Assembly (NCBI GenBank): GCA_016213445.1
Contig: JACRAJ010000001.1
Coordinates: 14,203 to 78,202 of the forward strand
Reading direction: 5' to 3'
Length of the DNA: 64,000 bases
Source: Candidatus Azambacteria bacterium
Lineage (GTDB): Bacteria; Patescibacteriota; Minisyncoccia; UBA10092
Positions within the stretch are counted from its first letter, which is position 1. Every line of letters starts with the position of its first letter. Below are positions 1-9,800 of this stretch, in pieces. The notes below the pieces were generated by a model. It was not told the origin of the DNA, made no database searches, and was given only the letters and a program-made list of their open reading frames with translations. Both the position numbers and the translations under genes were made by a program.

Positions 1-1088
1 TTCCATTCAAAGTTTTTACTTATCCATTCGCGGCCGGCTTTTCCGAATTTTTCCCTAAGGCCTTTATTTTCAATCAATTCTTTTATTTTTCCCGCCAGCA
101 TTTCCGGGTTATGCGGTTCAACCAAAAAACCATTCTCGCCATCTTTAACTAAATCGGGAATGCCTCCGACTCGCGTTGCCACCACCGCTTTCTCCATCGC
201 GAGCGCCTCCATAATAGAGCGGCCGAAGCCTTCATGCCAGGATGGATAAATAAAAATATCAATTTGCGCCAATGCCGCCGGCACTTTGCCGTAAGGCGCA
301 AAGCCGCGCCATTCTATTTTATCATTTATCTTTAATTTATCGGCTATTTTTTCAAGCCGCGGCCGAAGCGGCCCGTTTCCAAAAATTAATGCTTTAAAAT
401 TTTCTTGCCCGCCATAATCTTGATGAAGGCGGGAGATTGCCGCCAATAAATCTTCCAATCCTTTGCCGTCAACCAACCTGCCGATATAACCTAAAGTTAT
501 CACCGCCTCATCCTCCTTTTTATAGGTTTCGGAAACCCATGAATCCGGATTGAATAACTTCAAATCGACGCGAAGCGATACGAGGCGAATTTTATTTTCC
601 GGAATTCCCCGGCTCTTAACCTGATCGAAAATCGCGCGGCTGATAACTCTCACGCGATCGGCCTTCCGCATAACAAATCGGCCTATTTTTTTTAAAAGCC
701 GGTTTTTTAATTTTTCTTTTTCATTTTTTCTAAAAATTTCCCCTTGGATTTCAACAACAGCTTTGACGCCGGTAAAAAATTTTAAAATAGCAACCGCCAT
801 GCCGCCCCCGATAACCTCCGAAGCGTCGAAAACATCGATTTTATTTTTAAGATTAAAATAAAATCCTAAAATCGCGGCCGATGTTATAAAGCACGGATAG
901 CCCAAACGGGGCAATAAATATATCGCGATATTTTTTTCTTCGCCGCGATGGAAAAAAATATCCGGCGACTGCGCGATAACAAAAAGCCTGCCGAAATAAG
1001 CGCTTAAAGACCGCCAGGTTTTTAAATCCTGTTCGTTTGAAAAAATATCTTTCGGATAAATGTGTTTTCCGATAAAACAAACGTTCAT
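1..1088 (-). CDS. Glycosyltransferase family 4 (GT-B fold); C-terminus cut by window edge
   Basis: Absent from the ORF track because it runs off the window. The minus-strand frame from ATG 1088..1086 stays open to base 1, and the ATG forms an ATGA overlap with the stop of the upstream gene. It contains the GT1/GT4 signature PSWHEGFGRSIMEALAMEKAVVATRVGGIPDLVKDGENGFLV (codon TGG at 239..237 is in frame with 1088). The listed ORF 853..1113 is a different, spurious frame. Confidence 0.8.
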   Translation of the reverse strand, partial: MNVCFIGKHIYPKDIFSNEQDLKTWRSLSAYFGRLFVIAQSPDIFFHRGEEKNIAIYLLPRLGYPCFITSAAILGFYFNLKNKIDVFDASEVIGGGMAVAILKFFTGVKAVVEIQGEIFRKNEKEKLKNRLLKKIGRFVMRKADRVRVISRAIFDQVKSRGIPENKIRLVSLRVDLKLFNPDSWVSETYKKEDEAVITLGYIGRLVDGKGLEDLLAAISRLHQDYGGQENFKALIFGNGPLRPRLEKIADKLKINDKIEWRGFAPYGKVPAALAQIDIFIYPSWHEGFGRSIMEALAMEKAVVATRVGGIPDLVKDGENGFLVEPHNPEMLAGKIKELIENKGLREKFGKAGREWISKNFEW

Positions 1089-1813
1089 TTTCTTTCAAAT
1101 AAATAATAAACATTTACGCCGAGAGGCAAAAACTTCTGAAACGGCGACCAGATAAAATCAAAAAATTTCCATATCGGCAAAGCCAAAAATTGCAAAGATT
1201 TGGGAACCCAAAAAACATAACCGAAACTCGCCGAATCGAGCAATTTAAAATCATTTTTTCCGCCGGAGGCGGATCCGCCTTTGGCGGAAAAAAGTTTTTT
1301 AATAAAGCCGGGCCGCAAAGCGACGGCGCGCATTTTCGCCAAGCTTCGCATCCAATTCAAATCACTGTAAATATTCGGAAAAACAACGATAATTTTAGCG
1401 CCTTTTTTGGTAATCCTCTTCAATTCTTCAAACAACAGTTTCGGGTCGACATATTCCCATACGCCGATGGTCAAAACCAAATCGGCAATGCCTGCCGGAA
1501 TTTCCTTTCCAAATCCGGAACCATGGATGATTTCTTTATCGCCAAAATTTGCCAATTTTTCGCGGCAAACTTTAAGCATCGGCTCCGAAACGTCAATCGC
1601 GTAAATTTTTTTGGCGTTAACTGCCGCTTGGGAATATTCGCAGGTGCCGCATCCCCAATCAACTACGATTTTTCCAACGCTTAAATTTTTAACGATATTT
1701 TTTAAAAACGGCTGCCACAAATTTAAAACATAATTTTCCAAAACCGAATTTTCGGCCCGCCTATCATAAGCCTCGGCATCGATATAATTAAAATTTTTAT
1801 CCTGATAAGCCAT
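1085..1813 (-). CDS. Class I SAM-dependent methyltransferase
   Basis: 242-aa ORF with a motif I-like VVDWGCGTCEYS and a Rossmann-type layout. Carries an in-frame palindromic insert encoding SAKGGSASGGK. Confidence 0.7.
   Translation of the reverse strand: MAYQDKNFNYIDAEAYDRRAENSVLENYVLNLWQPFLKNIVKNLSVGKIVVDWGCGTCEYSQAAVNAKKIYAIDVSEPMLKVCREKLANFGDKEIIHGSGFGKEIPAGIADLVLTIGVWEYVDPKLLFEELKRITKKGAKIIVVFPNIYSDLNWMRSLAKMRAVALRPGFIKKLFSAKGGSASGGKNDFKLLDSASFGYVFWVPKSLQFLALPIWKFFDFIWSPFQKFLPLGVNVYYLFERK
1260..1287. repeat. Near-perfect copy of the 28-bp palindrome inside the methyltransferase gene
   Basis: CCGCCGGAGGCGGATCCGCCTTTGGCGG, flanked by a T-run and an A-run; translated as SAKGGSASGGK. Confidence 0.9.
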
Positions 1814-2552
1814 GTTTTAATTTAAATATTATCCGCCAAACCGGCTTGAATATTAAATTGGCGATAAATGAAAAAAAATTCGCCAAAATGCCCGTATTGC
1901 CGCGCCAATCCGCCAATTCGGAAAAGCCGCCGATTTTTTTCCTGTTTTTTTCAATAAATTTTTCCAATTTCGCAAAATCCTCTTCGGTCATCGTATTGGA
2001 ATGAAGCGCCACGGTTATCATTCCGAATAATCCTTTTCTCGGCCGCCACAAAATCTGCGGCAGCCAAACAAGGCCCCATTTTTTAAACGGATACAAAGCG
2101 ATGCCGTCGCTTATATATTTAAAACCGTTTTCTTTTAGAGCTTGTATCGTATTTCTATCAAAAGAATGGCCGGGAGCGACAAAAATTTCGGATTTTAATT
2201 TTTTTTCCGTTAACATATTTTTTCCTTCGCCTATCATCCGCTTTTGAATTTCAAAATCCAAACCGGCTAATTCCCCTCTTTTACTTATGTTTAAAACTCC
2301 TCCGTCTTGGGTTTTATAAATATGCTGGTAGCCGTGCTGCGCCATTGAATAATCCTTATTTATCAAACCGGCGATAATCTGCCAAAAATCAGGATTATTC
2401 GGGTATTTCAGCAATTCCTCATCTTGATTGTCGGGAATTACCCCAAGTAGCGGCTTTACATTATATTTATCAAAAATCAAAATAAGGCGATTAAAATTTT
2501 CCCAATTCATATTGGGCGCGATGTCGTCTAATCTGAAAAAGAATTTATTCAT
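1797..2552 (-). CDS. DUF2334 / polysaccharide deacetylase-like protein
   Basis: The N-terminal FFFRLDDIAPNMNWENF...KPLLGVIP and the later MAQHGYQH match my recollection of the DUF2334 deacetylase-like family. Confidence 0.6.
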   Translation of the reverse strand: MNKFFFRLDDIAPNMNWENFNRLILIFDKYNVKPLLGVIPDNQDEELLKYPNNPDFWQIIAGLINKDYSMAQHGYQHIYKTQDGGVLNISKRGELAGLDFEIQKRMIGEGKNMLTEKKLKSEIFVAPGHSFDRNTIQALKENGFKYISDGIALYPFKKWGLVWLPQILWRPRKGLFGMITVALHSNTMTEEDFAKLEKFIEKNRKKIGGFSELADWRGNTGILANFFSFIANLIFKPVWRIIFKLKHGLSG

Positions 2553-3511
2553 TTTAATAATTTTTTATACAATTCCGTCCATCTCGGCAAAATAACTTTC
2601 CAGCCGAAATCCCGTTCGATTCTTTGCCTTGCCGCCCGACCGATATTTTTCCTTAATTCCAAATCGTTCATTAATTTTAACAGCGCGTTCTGATAATCCT
2701 GACGATTTGAAGTTATAAAACCGTTTTTTCCGGAATCGATAAGCTCGCCGACGGCGCCGACTTTATTTGTAACCACCGGCAAGCCCGAAGCCATCGCTTC
2801 CATCACTGCGATCGGCAGATTGTCTTCATGGGAAAAATAAGCGAATATGTCCGAATCGGAAAAATATTTTTGGGGCAAATCGAAACCGAACCATTGAACA
2901 TTCACATTTTTCGGCTTATCAAGAGTGTTTATAAATTTCCTGGTTTCTTCCAGAAGCGGCCCGAAACCGACAATTCGCCAATTTATTTTCCTGTCAAAAT
3001 CTTTGGCCAAATCAAAGATTATTCGGGCCAAATCAATCATTCCCTTGGCTTTTTTCGGAAACCAAAATTTGGTAATGGTTAAAATATTGTAAAAATCCCG
3101 CGATACCAAATCGACATTGGCAAATTTATCTAAATTAATGGCGTTAGGAATAACAATGGCTTTTTCCAGATTTAAAGTTGTTTTCAAAAATTCGGAAGGA
3201 ACCGTTATCGCCGATGCCCGCAATCGGCCGAGCCAATAAAAAAATTTCCAAAATGAACCGTGGATTTTTCCGTGAATGCTTAAAACCATCGGCCTGAAAA
3301 AAACCGAAAAAGCCAGGGGATTCACGGTGTGGATCAATTCCACTCCCGTTCTGAACGGGCTTAAAATTTTATCGCCTATTTTAAAAATATGCTCCGCCCT
3401 GAATTCGGAGTCTTTGTTCAATTCGCCAACCAAATCGGCTCCCCAGCTCCACGGACCGCCCTTTTTGCGCGGCGTAATGACTAAAATCAATTTTTTTTGC
3501 GATTCTTTCAT
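2549..3511 (-). CDS. Glycosyltransferase family 1/4
   Basis: C-terminal EDNLPIAVMEAMASGLPVVTNKVGAVGELIDSGKNGF is the GT1 nucleotide-sugar binding signature. Its start overlaps the upstream gene. Confidence 0.75.
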   Translation of the reverse strand: MKESQKKLILVITPRKKGGPWSWGADLVGELNKDSEFRAEHIFKIGDKILSPFRTGVELIHTVNPLAFSVFFRPMVLSIHGKIHGSFWKFFYWLGRLRASAITVPSEFLKTTLNLEKAIVIPNAINLDKFANVDLVSRDFYNILTITKFWFPKKAKGMIDLARIIFDLAKDFDRKINWRIVGFGPLLEETRKFINTLDKPKNVNVQWFGFDLPQKYFSDSDIFAYFSHEDNLPIAVMEAMASGLPVVTNKVGAVGELIDSGKNGFITSNRQDYQNALLKLMNDLELRKNIGRAARQRIERDFGWKVILPRWTELYKKLLK

Positions 3512-3601
3512 TTATGATATTATGCTATACTATATAACAAATAGAAAATTGCGTCAATTTCATTTTTTGGCTTTATTAAGCCAAAATATAATGAATTTTT
3601 A

Positions 3602-4756
3602 ATGAAAAATAAGAAAAAAATACTGTTTATAATAACCAAATCGGAAATGGGCGGCACCCAGCGTTTTTTATGCGAACTTGCGGCGCATCTAAATCCCGAA
3701 AAGTATGAAATCGCGGTAGCGGCCGGCGGCCATGGCGAACTTTTGGAAAAACTTTACGAAAAAAACATTGAAACGATTAAAATCCGCAACTTTTCAAACG
3801 CGCCGGGAATTAAAAATTTGGCGGTATTTTTTGAAATTTTCCGCCTCATAAAAAAAACTAATCCGGATATTCTTTATCTGTTAAGCTCGGAAGCCGGTTT
3901 TATCGGCTCGATCGCCGGCGGATTATATCGATTTATCGCGCGAAAAAAAATGAAAATTATTTACAGAATCGGCGGCTGGGCGTTTAAAGAACCGCGAAAC
4001 CTTTTTATAAAAAAAATATACTTGTGGGCGGAAAAAATATCCGCGCCGTTCAAAGACATTATCATTACCAATTCCGAATTCGACCGAAAAATTGCCGCTA
4101 AAAATAAAATCGCAATTCCTGAAAAAATACTAACCGTTTACAACGGCATTGATTTGAACGAATTGAAATTTATTCCCAGAGAAACAGCCAGAAAACTTTT
4201 ATTTCGAAGCATCAACCCCATATCGCGGCCGCTTATCGGCACTATCGCCAATCTTTATAAAAATAAAGGTTTGGAATATTTGATTGCGGCCGCAAAAAAA
4301 ATAAAAAATGAAGGAAGAAATTGGTGTTTTATGATAATCGGCGACGGACCGGAAAAAAACAGGCTGGGAAAATTAATAAAAAATTCGGAATTGGAAAATA
4401 CGGTATTTATGGTCGGCGCAATTCCCGACGCTTATCAATATTTAAAGGCATTCGATTTATTTGTTTTGCCATCAATTAAAGAGGGCCAGCCTTGGGCAAT
4501 TTTAGAAGCAATGGCGGCCGCAAGGCCAATCTTGGCAACCAATATCGCCGGCATTCCGGAAACGATTGAAAACGAAAAATCCGGACTCCTGGTTGAACCG
4601 GCCGATTCAAACGCGCTGGCAAATGCCATAGAAAAAATAATGACCCATCCAAGCTTGGCCCAGAAATGCGCCAAAAACGCCCATTTGACGGTTAAAGAAA
4701 AATTCGATTTGGAAACAATGATCGGAAAAAACGAAAAAATTTTTGAAAACGACTGA
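3602..4756 (+). CDS. Glycosyltransferase family 4
   Basis: 384-aa ORF with PSIKEGQPWAILEAMAAARPILATNIAGIPETIENEKSGLLV (EX7E-type GT4 motif). Confidence 0.85.
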   Translation: MKNKKKILFIITKSEMGGTQRFLCELAAHLNPEKYEIAVAAGGHGELLEKLYEKNIETIKIRNFSNAPGIKNLAVFFEIFRLIKKTNPDILYLLSSEAGFIGSIAGGLYRFIARKKMKIIYRIGGWAFKEPRNLFIKKIYLWAEKISAPFKDIIITNSEFDRKIAAKNKIAIPEKILTVYNGIDLNELKFIPRETARKLLFRSINPISRPLIGTIANLYKNKGLEYLIAAAKKIKNEGRNWCFMIIGDGPEKNRLGKLIKNSELENTVFMVGAIPDAYQYLKAFDLFVLPSIKEGQPWAILEAMAAARPILATNIAGIPETIENEKSGLLVEPADSNALANAIEKIMTHPSLAQKCAKNAHLTVKEKFDLETMIGKNEKIFEND

Positions 4757-4769
4757 TATTTATCAGTTT

Positions 4770-6740
4770 TTATAGCCTTAAGTTTTTAACAAAATCTTTT
4801 TCCGTTTGACTTCGCAATTGATAACCCATTTCCAGGGATTTTTTAATTTCCATTAATCCCTCTTTCATTTGATTATTAGCAATGTAGGAAAGGCCCAAAT
4901 ACCAATGGCTCGCGCTTATAGCAGGATCGATATCCATCGCTTTTTTTGTGAGCTGTACGGCCAGTCCGGGATTGTTTTTCAATAGCGCCGTCCTCGCCAG
5001 ATAAAAAAGCGTCTCTTGCCTGTTGGGGCTTAATTCCAATGATTTTTCGCCAAATTGTTTGGCTTGATTCAAAATTGCCGAATCGCGGCCTAAAGTTCCC
5101 AGAATATTATAAATTCTCGCCATATCGGTATAACTGCCGGCATTATTGGGGTGCGACGCAACCGCTTTATCGGCTTCATCAAGAACAAAATTTATCGTGT
5201 TTTCCAGATTATTTATCGGAATTCTCTTTTCTATGGCCCCGCCAACCGAAGCGATTAAATCAAACTGATATTCAGATTTATACGGCGATTTATAGTTTAA
5301 CGATTTATTAAATAGGGCTATGCCGGCTGTCGGATTACCGGAAAATGTTCTTAGCGCATCGGCATCGGCTAAATTAGCGCGCCAGATTGAATAATTTAAA
5401 AGAATCAGATACGCAACAACGAGGGCTGTAATAAACATTACTATTTTTTTGGCGCCTTCGCTTAAATTTAATTGACGCGAAAAAAATTTTTTTTCTTGAT
5501 CGCTTGACGCGGTTAAAACCGCCAAAAACAAATACAGCCCGAACCATGATCCGAAACTGTCGAAAGAAAAAAATACCGCGCCAAGATAAGATATAAAAGC
5601 CGACGTTAAAATCAAAGACAAAAGCTTGCGATCGGCTTTGAACATTTTAATCAGCGCCGCGAGAACGGTCAGCCAAATTAAAATATAAGCCAGACTGCCG
5701 ACAACACCGGTTTCAGAAAGTATTTCCAAAAACGCGTTATGCGGCTTGTCAAACCATGTTTCGCCGAATCCGCCGCTACCGAATTTGAAAAATCTCGGAT
5801 TATAGTGGGCGTTAAAAACAAAATTGAAATTTTCAGGGCCAACGCCGATTAGCGGCGCGTCCTTAAAACCGTTTAATGCCGTCTGCCACGCCAAAAGGCG
5901 GGTTTGCGCCGTCGTGTTGTATAAGGCAACATCGGAGAGACGCTTCAAAAAAGCGATATTTTTTATAAAAGCCGATTCGCGAAAATTCCAAACACCGATT
6001 GCGGTTAAAATCCCGATTAAAAAAATAACGATGGTTGCAATTTTAGCGCGACGGCTTAACGCCCGGCTGAAAATCAAAGCGGCGGCAAGGAAAATCAAAC
6101 CGGCGATAAATCCAATCGCGGCGCCGCGAATGCCGGTAAAAAAAACAGAGAATAATATAAAAGCCGATCCAATCCCCCAAATCGCTTTCAACCATAATTT
6201 ATTTATGGAAAATTGATAAAAGCCCCAGAAAAAATGAAACGCGAGATACGGCGCGATAAAAGTCGGATTATTAAAAACTCCACCCGCTTGAAGAAATAAA
6301 CTTAAAGCCGCAATAGCGCTTACTGCAAAAGAAAAATTCAGGTATTTTTGAATATCGAAATCCGGCGTTGATTCCCGAATGCTTGCAAGCACCAAAAACC
6401 ACGCTAAAAAATGAAGTTCGGCGAAAAAGCCGGTCATTCTGGCGCCAATCCCCCAGATGCTTCTGTTAAAATCAATACCCGATAAAGCGGCCACTAATGA
6501 CACGGCAAAAAACAACGCCAACGCCGCCGTTAGCCAAGAAAATTTAGGTCTATACCGAGGATTCGCGATAGCGAGAACAAGCCACGCGCCGAAAATAATT
6601 TCGGCCAAAACTTGGAATAAAAGAAATTTGGGAGTCAAAAAACCGTAAAGAGCTTTCGACCAAAAAACCAATGGCGTCAGTAAAATCGCGTAAAGGCCGT
6701 ATTTTATTATTTTCGATAAATATAATTCGGTTTTAAACAT
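4770..6740 (-). CDS. O-antigen-ligase-like (Wzy_C-type) polytopic membrane protein with C-terminal TPR repeats
   Basis: About 12 hydrophobic segments in the N-terminal 450 aa, then TPR-like repeats (SPNRQETLFYLARTALLKNNPGLAVQLTKKAMDIDP...). Same architecture as 28947..31559. Confidence 0.65.
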   Translation of the reverse strand: MFKTELYLSKIIKYGLYAILLTPLVFWSKALYGFLTPKFLLFQVLAEIIFGAWLVLAIANPRYRPKFSWLTAALALFFAVSLVAALSGIDFNRSIWGIGARMTGFFAELHFLAWFLVLASIRESTPDFDIQKYLNFSFAVSAIAALSLFLQAGGVFNNPTFIAPYLAFHFFWGFYQFSINKLWLKAIWGIGSAFILFSVFFTGIRGAAIGFIAGLIFLAAALIFSRALSRRAKIATIVIFLIGILTAIGVWNFRESAFIKNIAFLKRLSDVALYNTTAQTRLLAWQTALNGFKDAPLIGVGPENFNFVFNAHYNPRFFKFGSGGFGETWFDKPHNAFLEILSETGVVGSLAYILIWLTVLAALIKMFKADRKLLSLILTSAFISYLGAVFFSFDSFGSWFGLYLFLAVLTASSDQEKKFFSRQLNLSEGAKKIVMFITALVVAYLILLNYSIWRANLADADALRTFSGNPTAGIALFNKSLNYKSPYKSEYQFDLIASVGGAIEKRIPINNLENTINFVLDEADKAVASHPNNAGSYTDMARIYNILGTLGRDSAILNQAKQFGEKSLELSPNRQETLFYLARTALLKNNPGLAVQLTKKAMDIDPAISASHWYLGLSYIANNQMKEGLMEIKKSLEMGYQLRSQTEKDFVKNLRL

Positions 6741-6777
6741 AAATTTAATTTAACATATCTAACACAAAAATAAAAAC

Positions 6778-6798
6778 AATAGGTTTCTGACACCTATT
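6778..6798. repeat. REP hairpin copy (AATAGGTTTCTGACACCTATT variant)
   Basis: Member of the AATAGGTGTCGGAAACCTATT family. The flanks extend the palindrome (taaaaac...gttttta). Confidence 0.8.
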
Positions 6799-6816
6799 GT
6801 TTTTATTACTCGGTTC

Positions 6817-6856
6817 AAAAAAACAAACCCCGCCATAAAGGCGGGGTTTGTTTTAT
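6817..6856. terminator. Bidirectional intrinsic terminator downstream of the S-layer-like gene
   Basis: CAAACCCCGCC-ataaa-GGCGGGGTTTG stem-loop flanked by an A-run and a T-run. Confidence 0.7.
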
Positions 6857-6894
6857 ACGAACTTCCTATCACAAGTAGGAAATCCGAGTTGAGA

Positions 6895-9800
6895 TTAGTA
6901 GCGAACTGACGGACCATAGACCGGCAATACCTTAGTTTCAAGATTGAAACCGCCAGCGGAGCACAGCGTGGTGCCGTCACCCCAGCAGACAGCATTGGTA
7001 ACACCGAGTGAAGTACCAGTTGTGCTGGTTTCGTTGTCGATATACCACTGCGCCTGCGTACCATTGGTTGAACCGGTTGTAGCGGTAAACGGCCTGTCCA
7101 AATCTTGGTTATTACCGTCGCGCATATTGGTGCTGCCGGTTGTATCAACCTGAACTTTAACTTTCTTTGTAGCGCCACCGCTCAAGACATAGTTCGGGAA
7201 GAAGCTAACCGATGAAGTCGCGCCACTGGCAACGTTATAGAGCTGGCCAACTGTTGCTGAACTGCCCCAAATCGCGCCCGTATCAGCATCAATAAGTTTG
7301 ACGACAACCGAAGCCAAAGTTGAACCGGCTAATTTCAAGGTAACCGTATTGATGGTTACATCGTAAGCCGGATCAGCCGTAAAGACGAACACCGCCATCA
7401 CGTCAGCCGCGCTGGAAACGTGACCCGAGGTCGTGATACCAGTTGCATCTGAAGCAACCGTAAGCTTGGTGCGAGTAACAGTGATCGGATTAACGGCAAC
7501 CGTTGAAGTAGCGGCAAAGCCGGTTGCGGTCACTGCGAGTGAACCGCCGGCAGACAACGCCGTTACATCAGTCGGAGACTCAATTCTAAGAGTGTGAACC
7601 GAGTTGGAAGTGGCGCCGCCGGAAGCATAGCTGGCAATGTCACCGCGAAGTTCTAATGAAGTACCAACGTTCTGAGAAATAACAACCGGGGAACCAAAGT
7701 GGAAAGTGTACCTGTAGCCTGTGGTTGAACCCGCTTCAGTTGAAGCAGTACCCGCAGCTACAACCGGACCAACCGCTACGCCGCCCTTGTACCATTGAAG
7801 GTTGGCAAAAGAAGCGTTTTGACCAGCAGTTGTCAATCTGTCAGAAACCGTCAAGTCAGTAATGTTGGTATCAGATACCGCAGTTCCGGTAAACCTGAAG
7901 ATACCGAGGGACTGGCCTGTTTTGCCCATAATTCCCTGGTAAGCAGCCGGAGTAGACGCGTCTGAAGCAATAGCCATTGAGCCGCCGGTAACATTAACCG
8001 TCGCTGATTGTCCACTGATATTGGACGAGCTGATTGCCGTACCGCTGGTATTCTTCAAAGTCTGAGTTGTCGCCGTAGTGGCGCCTACAGCTGAAGCATT
8101 TTTCAGCTTAATGTAGTACGCAGTTTCACCACCCGGGAAAGCGGTTGAAGAGTTGATCAAATCGGCGTACACGTCAACCGTGATGCTACCGCCGGCCGGA
8201 ATTAATTTCGGAGAAGAGCCGGAGAAAGTGTAGTCGGTGGCATCGGCCACTGAACCCTGAATACTGCCGAATTGAACGCCATCAACTTTAACCGACAAGT
8301 TGTTGTATTTGGCAACAGTGCCAAGCGTAGTTGTTGAAGTGAAAGTGATGGTCGAAACATTAATGCCTTCAGCTGAAGAAGCTGAAAACACATATGACGC
8401 GATTTTAGCATTCGTTTGACCCTTGGCAAACTGCTGTGTGCCATAAGCCTGATTAAGCTTGGCCTGGAACGGGTTGGAAGTGATAGTCAGAGTATTTCCG
8501 GAAACGGAAGTCGTGCTGCCAGTGCTCAAAGAAACCTGGCCCTGGTAGTTGGACGAACCGGTGTTCAAACGAGCCGCAAGATCGGTGCCATTGCCGGCCG
8601 ATAATACGTCAAGTTTCAAGCTCCAAACACGAGTCGTGTTGGCCGGAATCAAGTAGTTAATCGGAGCGGCTGCCGTACCAAAAGTAGCGGCCACCGTATC
8701 GGTGCTGTCCCAAATACCGGTCGTACCACAAGCTGTTCCACCGCAAGGAGCGGTAATGGTTGTGCCGATTTGATTGCCAGCGTCGTCAACTAAATAAGCA
8801 TTGTCAACATCATCCGTGAAATCCGTGCCGGCTGAAGTCATAGTGATTCTAAACGGAACAAACAAAACTTTAACTTGTTCGCCGTAAGACGTCACTTTGA
8901 ATTTGGCAACCGTGACATTGGTTTGTCCCGGAGCGATATTACCGGTCGGGCTTGAAGGATCAAGCGTAACTGTCAAAGTACCGGCTTGAACCGTGGTTTG
9001 CGTCATCGCAACCGAAGCCGACGGATTAACGCCAATGCTGTAGGTTTTGTCTCTTGCCTGAACGTCGCGAAGATTAAGAACATTGAATTTCATTGTTCTA
9101 TTAACACCCGCGAGAACATCGGCATAGACATTAATCTGAATGGTCTGGCCCGAAGGAATTTCGTAGGCCGGAGACATTACGAATGTGCCCGTGCCATCGG
9201 ATTTCAAGTTGGTCAAAGTCGGACCAACTTGAGCGCCGCCGGTAGTTACCAATTTAATATTGGAAACGTCGGTGCCGGAAATAATCGAACCGTTTTGAGT
9301 CAAAACAATTCTGTCGAGCAAAACCGCGCTGTTAGCGGCTTGCAAGGTGAACGAACCGGCCAAGTAGCCAGTCGTACCCGCGTTGACCGAGTTGCCTGTT
9401 GCAACTGTGGTCGCCGTCAAAGTGGCGATTGAAGGATTGGTAACGGAAACAAAAGCCATCGCGTTTGAAGTCGTTGGGAAAGTTCCCGAAACGCTCGTCG
9501 CGTTTGAAGTGACATCAGACGCGGCGTTCAAAACCCACGCCATCGTGTGGTTGTTTGAAGCGGATGAAGAAACATCCATTCTCAATTCAACGTGTTTGGT
9601 CACGCCGGCTTTCACTGTGAAAAGGCCGCCGGTGTTTGAGAAACTCAAAACGCCGGAACCCAAACCGGTGTACTGCGAAATGTAATCACCGCTGTCGGCA
9701 TCATATAAGTAAGCGCTGCCGAGTTCCGCATCGGAAGAAATTCCCGATCGGGTGAATTTCAAAGAGGTTAAGGTAACATCGCCGGAACCAGCCGTGAAAT

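Noticed and set aside
853-1113. ORF 853..1113 (-), 86 aa
   Set aside because: It is in the wrong frame. The same region is covered by the N-terminus of the GT4 glycosyltransferase, whose frame starts at 1088 and stays open to the window edge. The ORF's sequence is low-complexity and basic.
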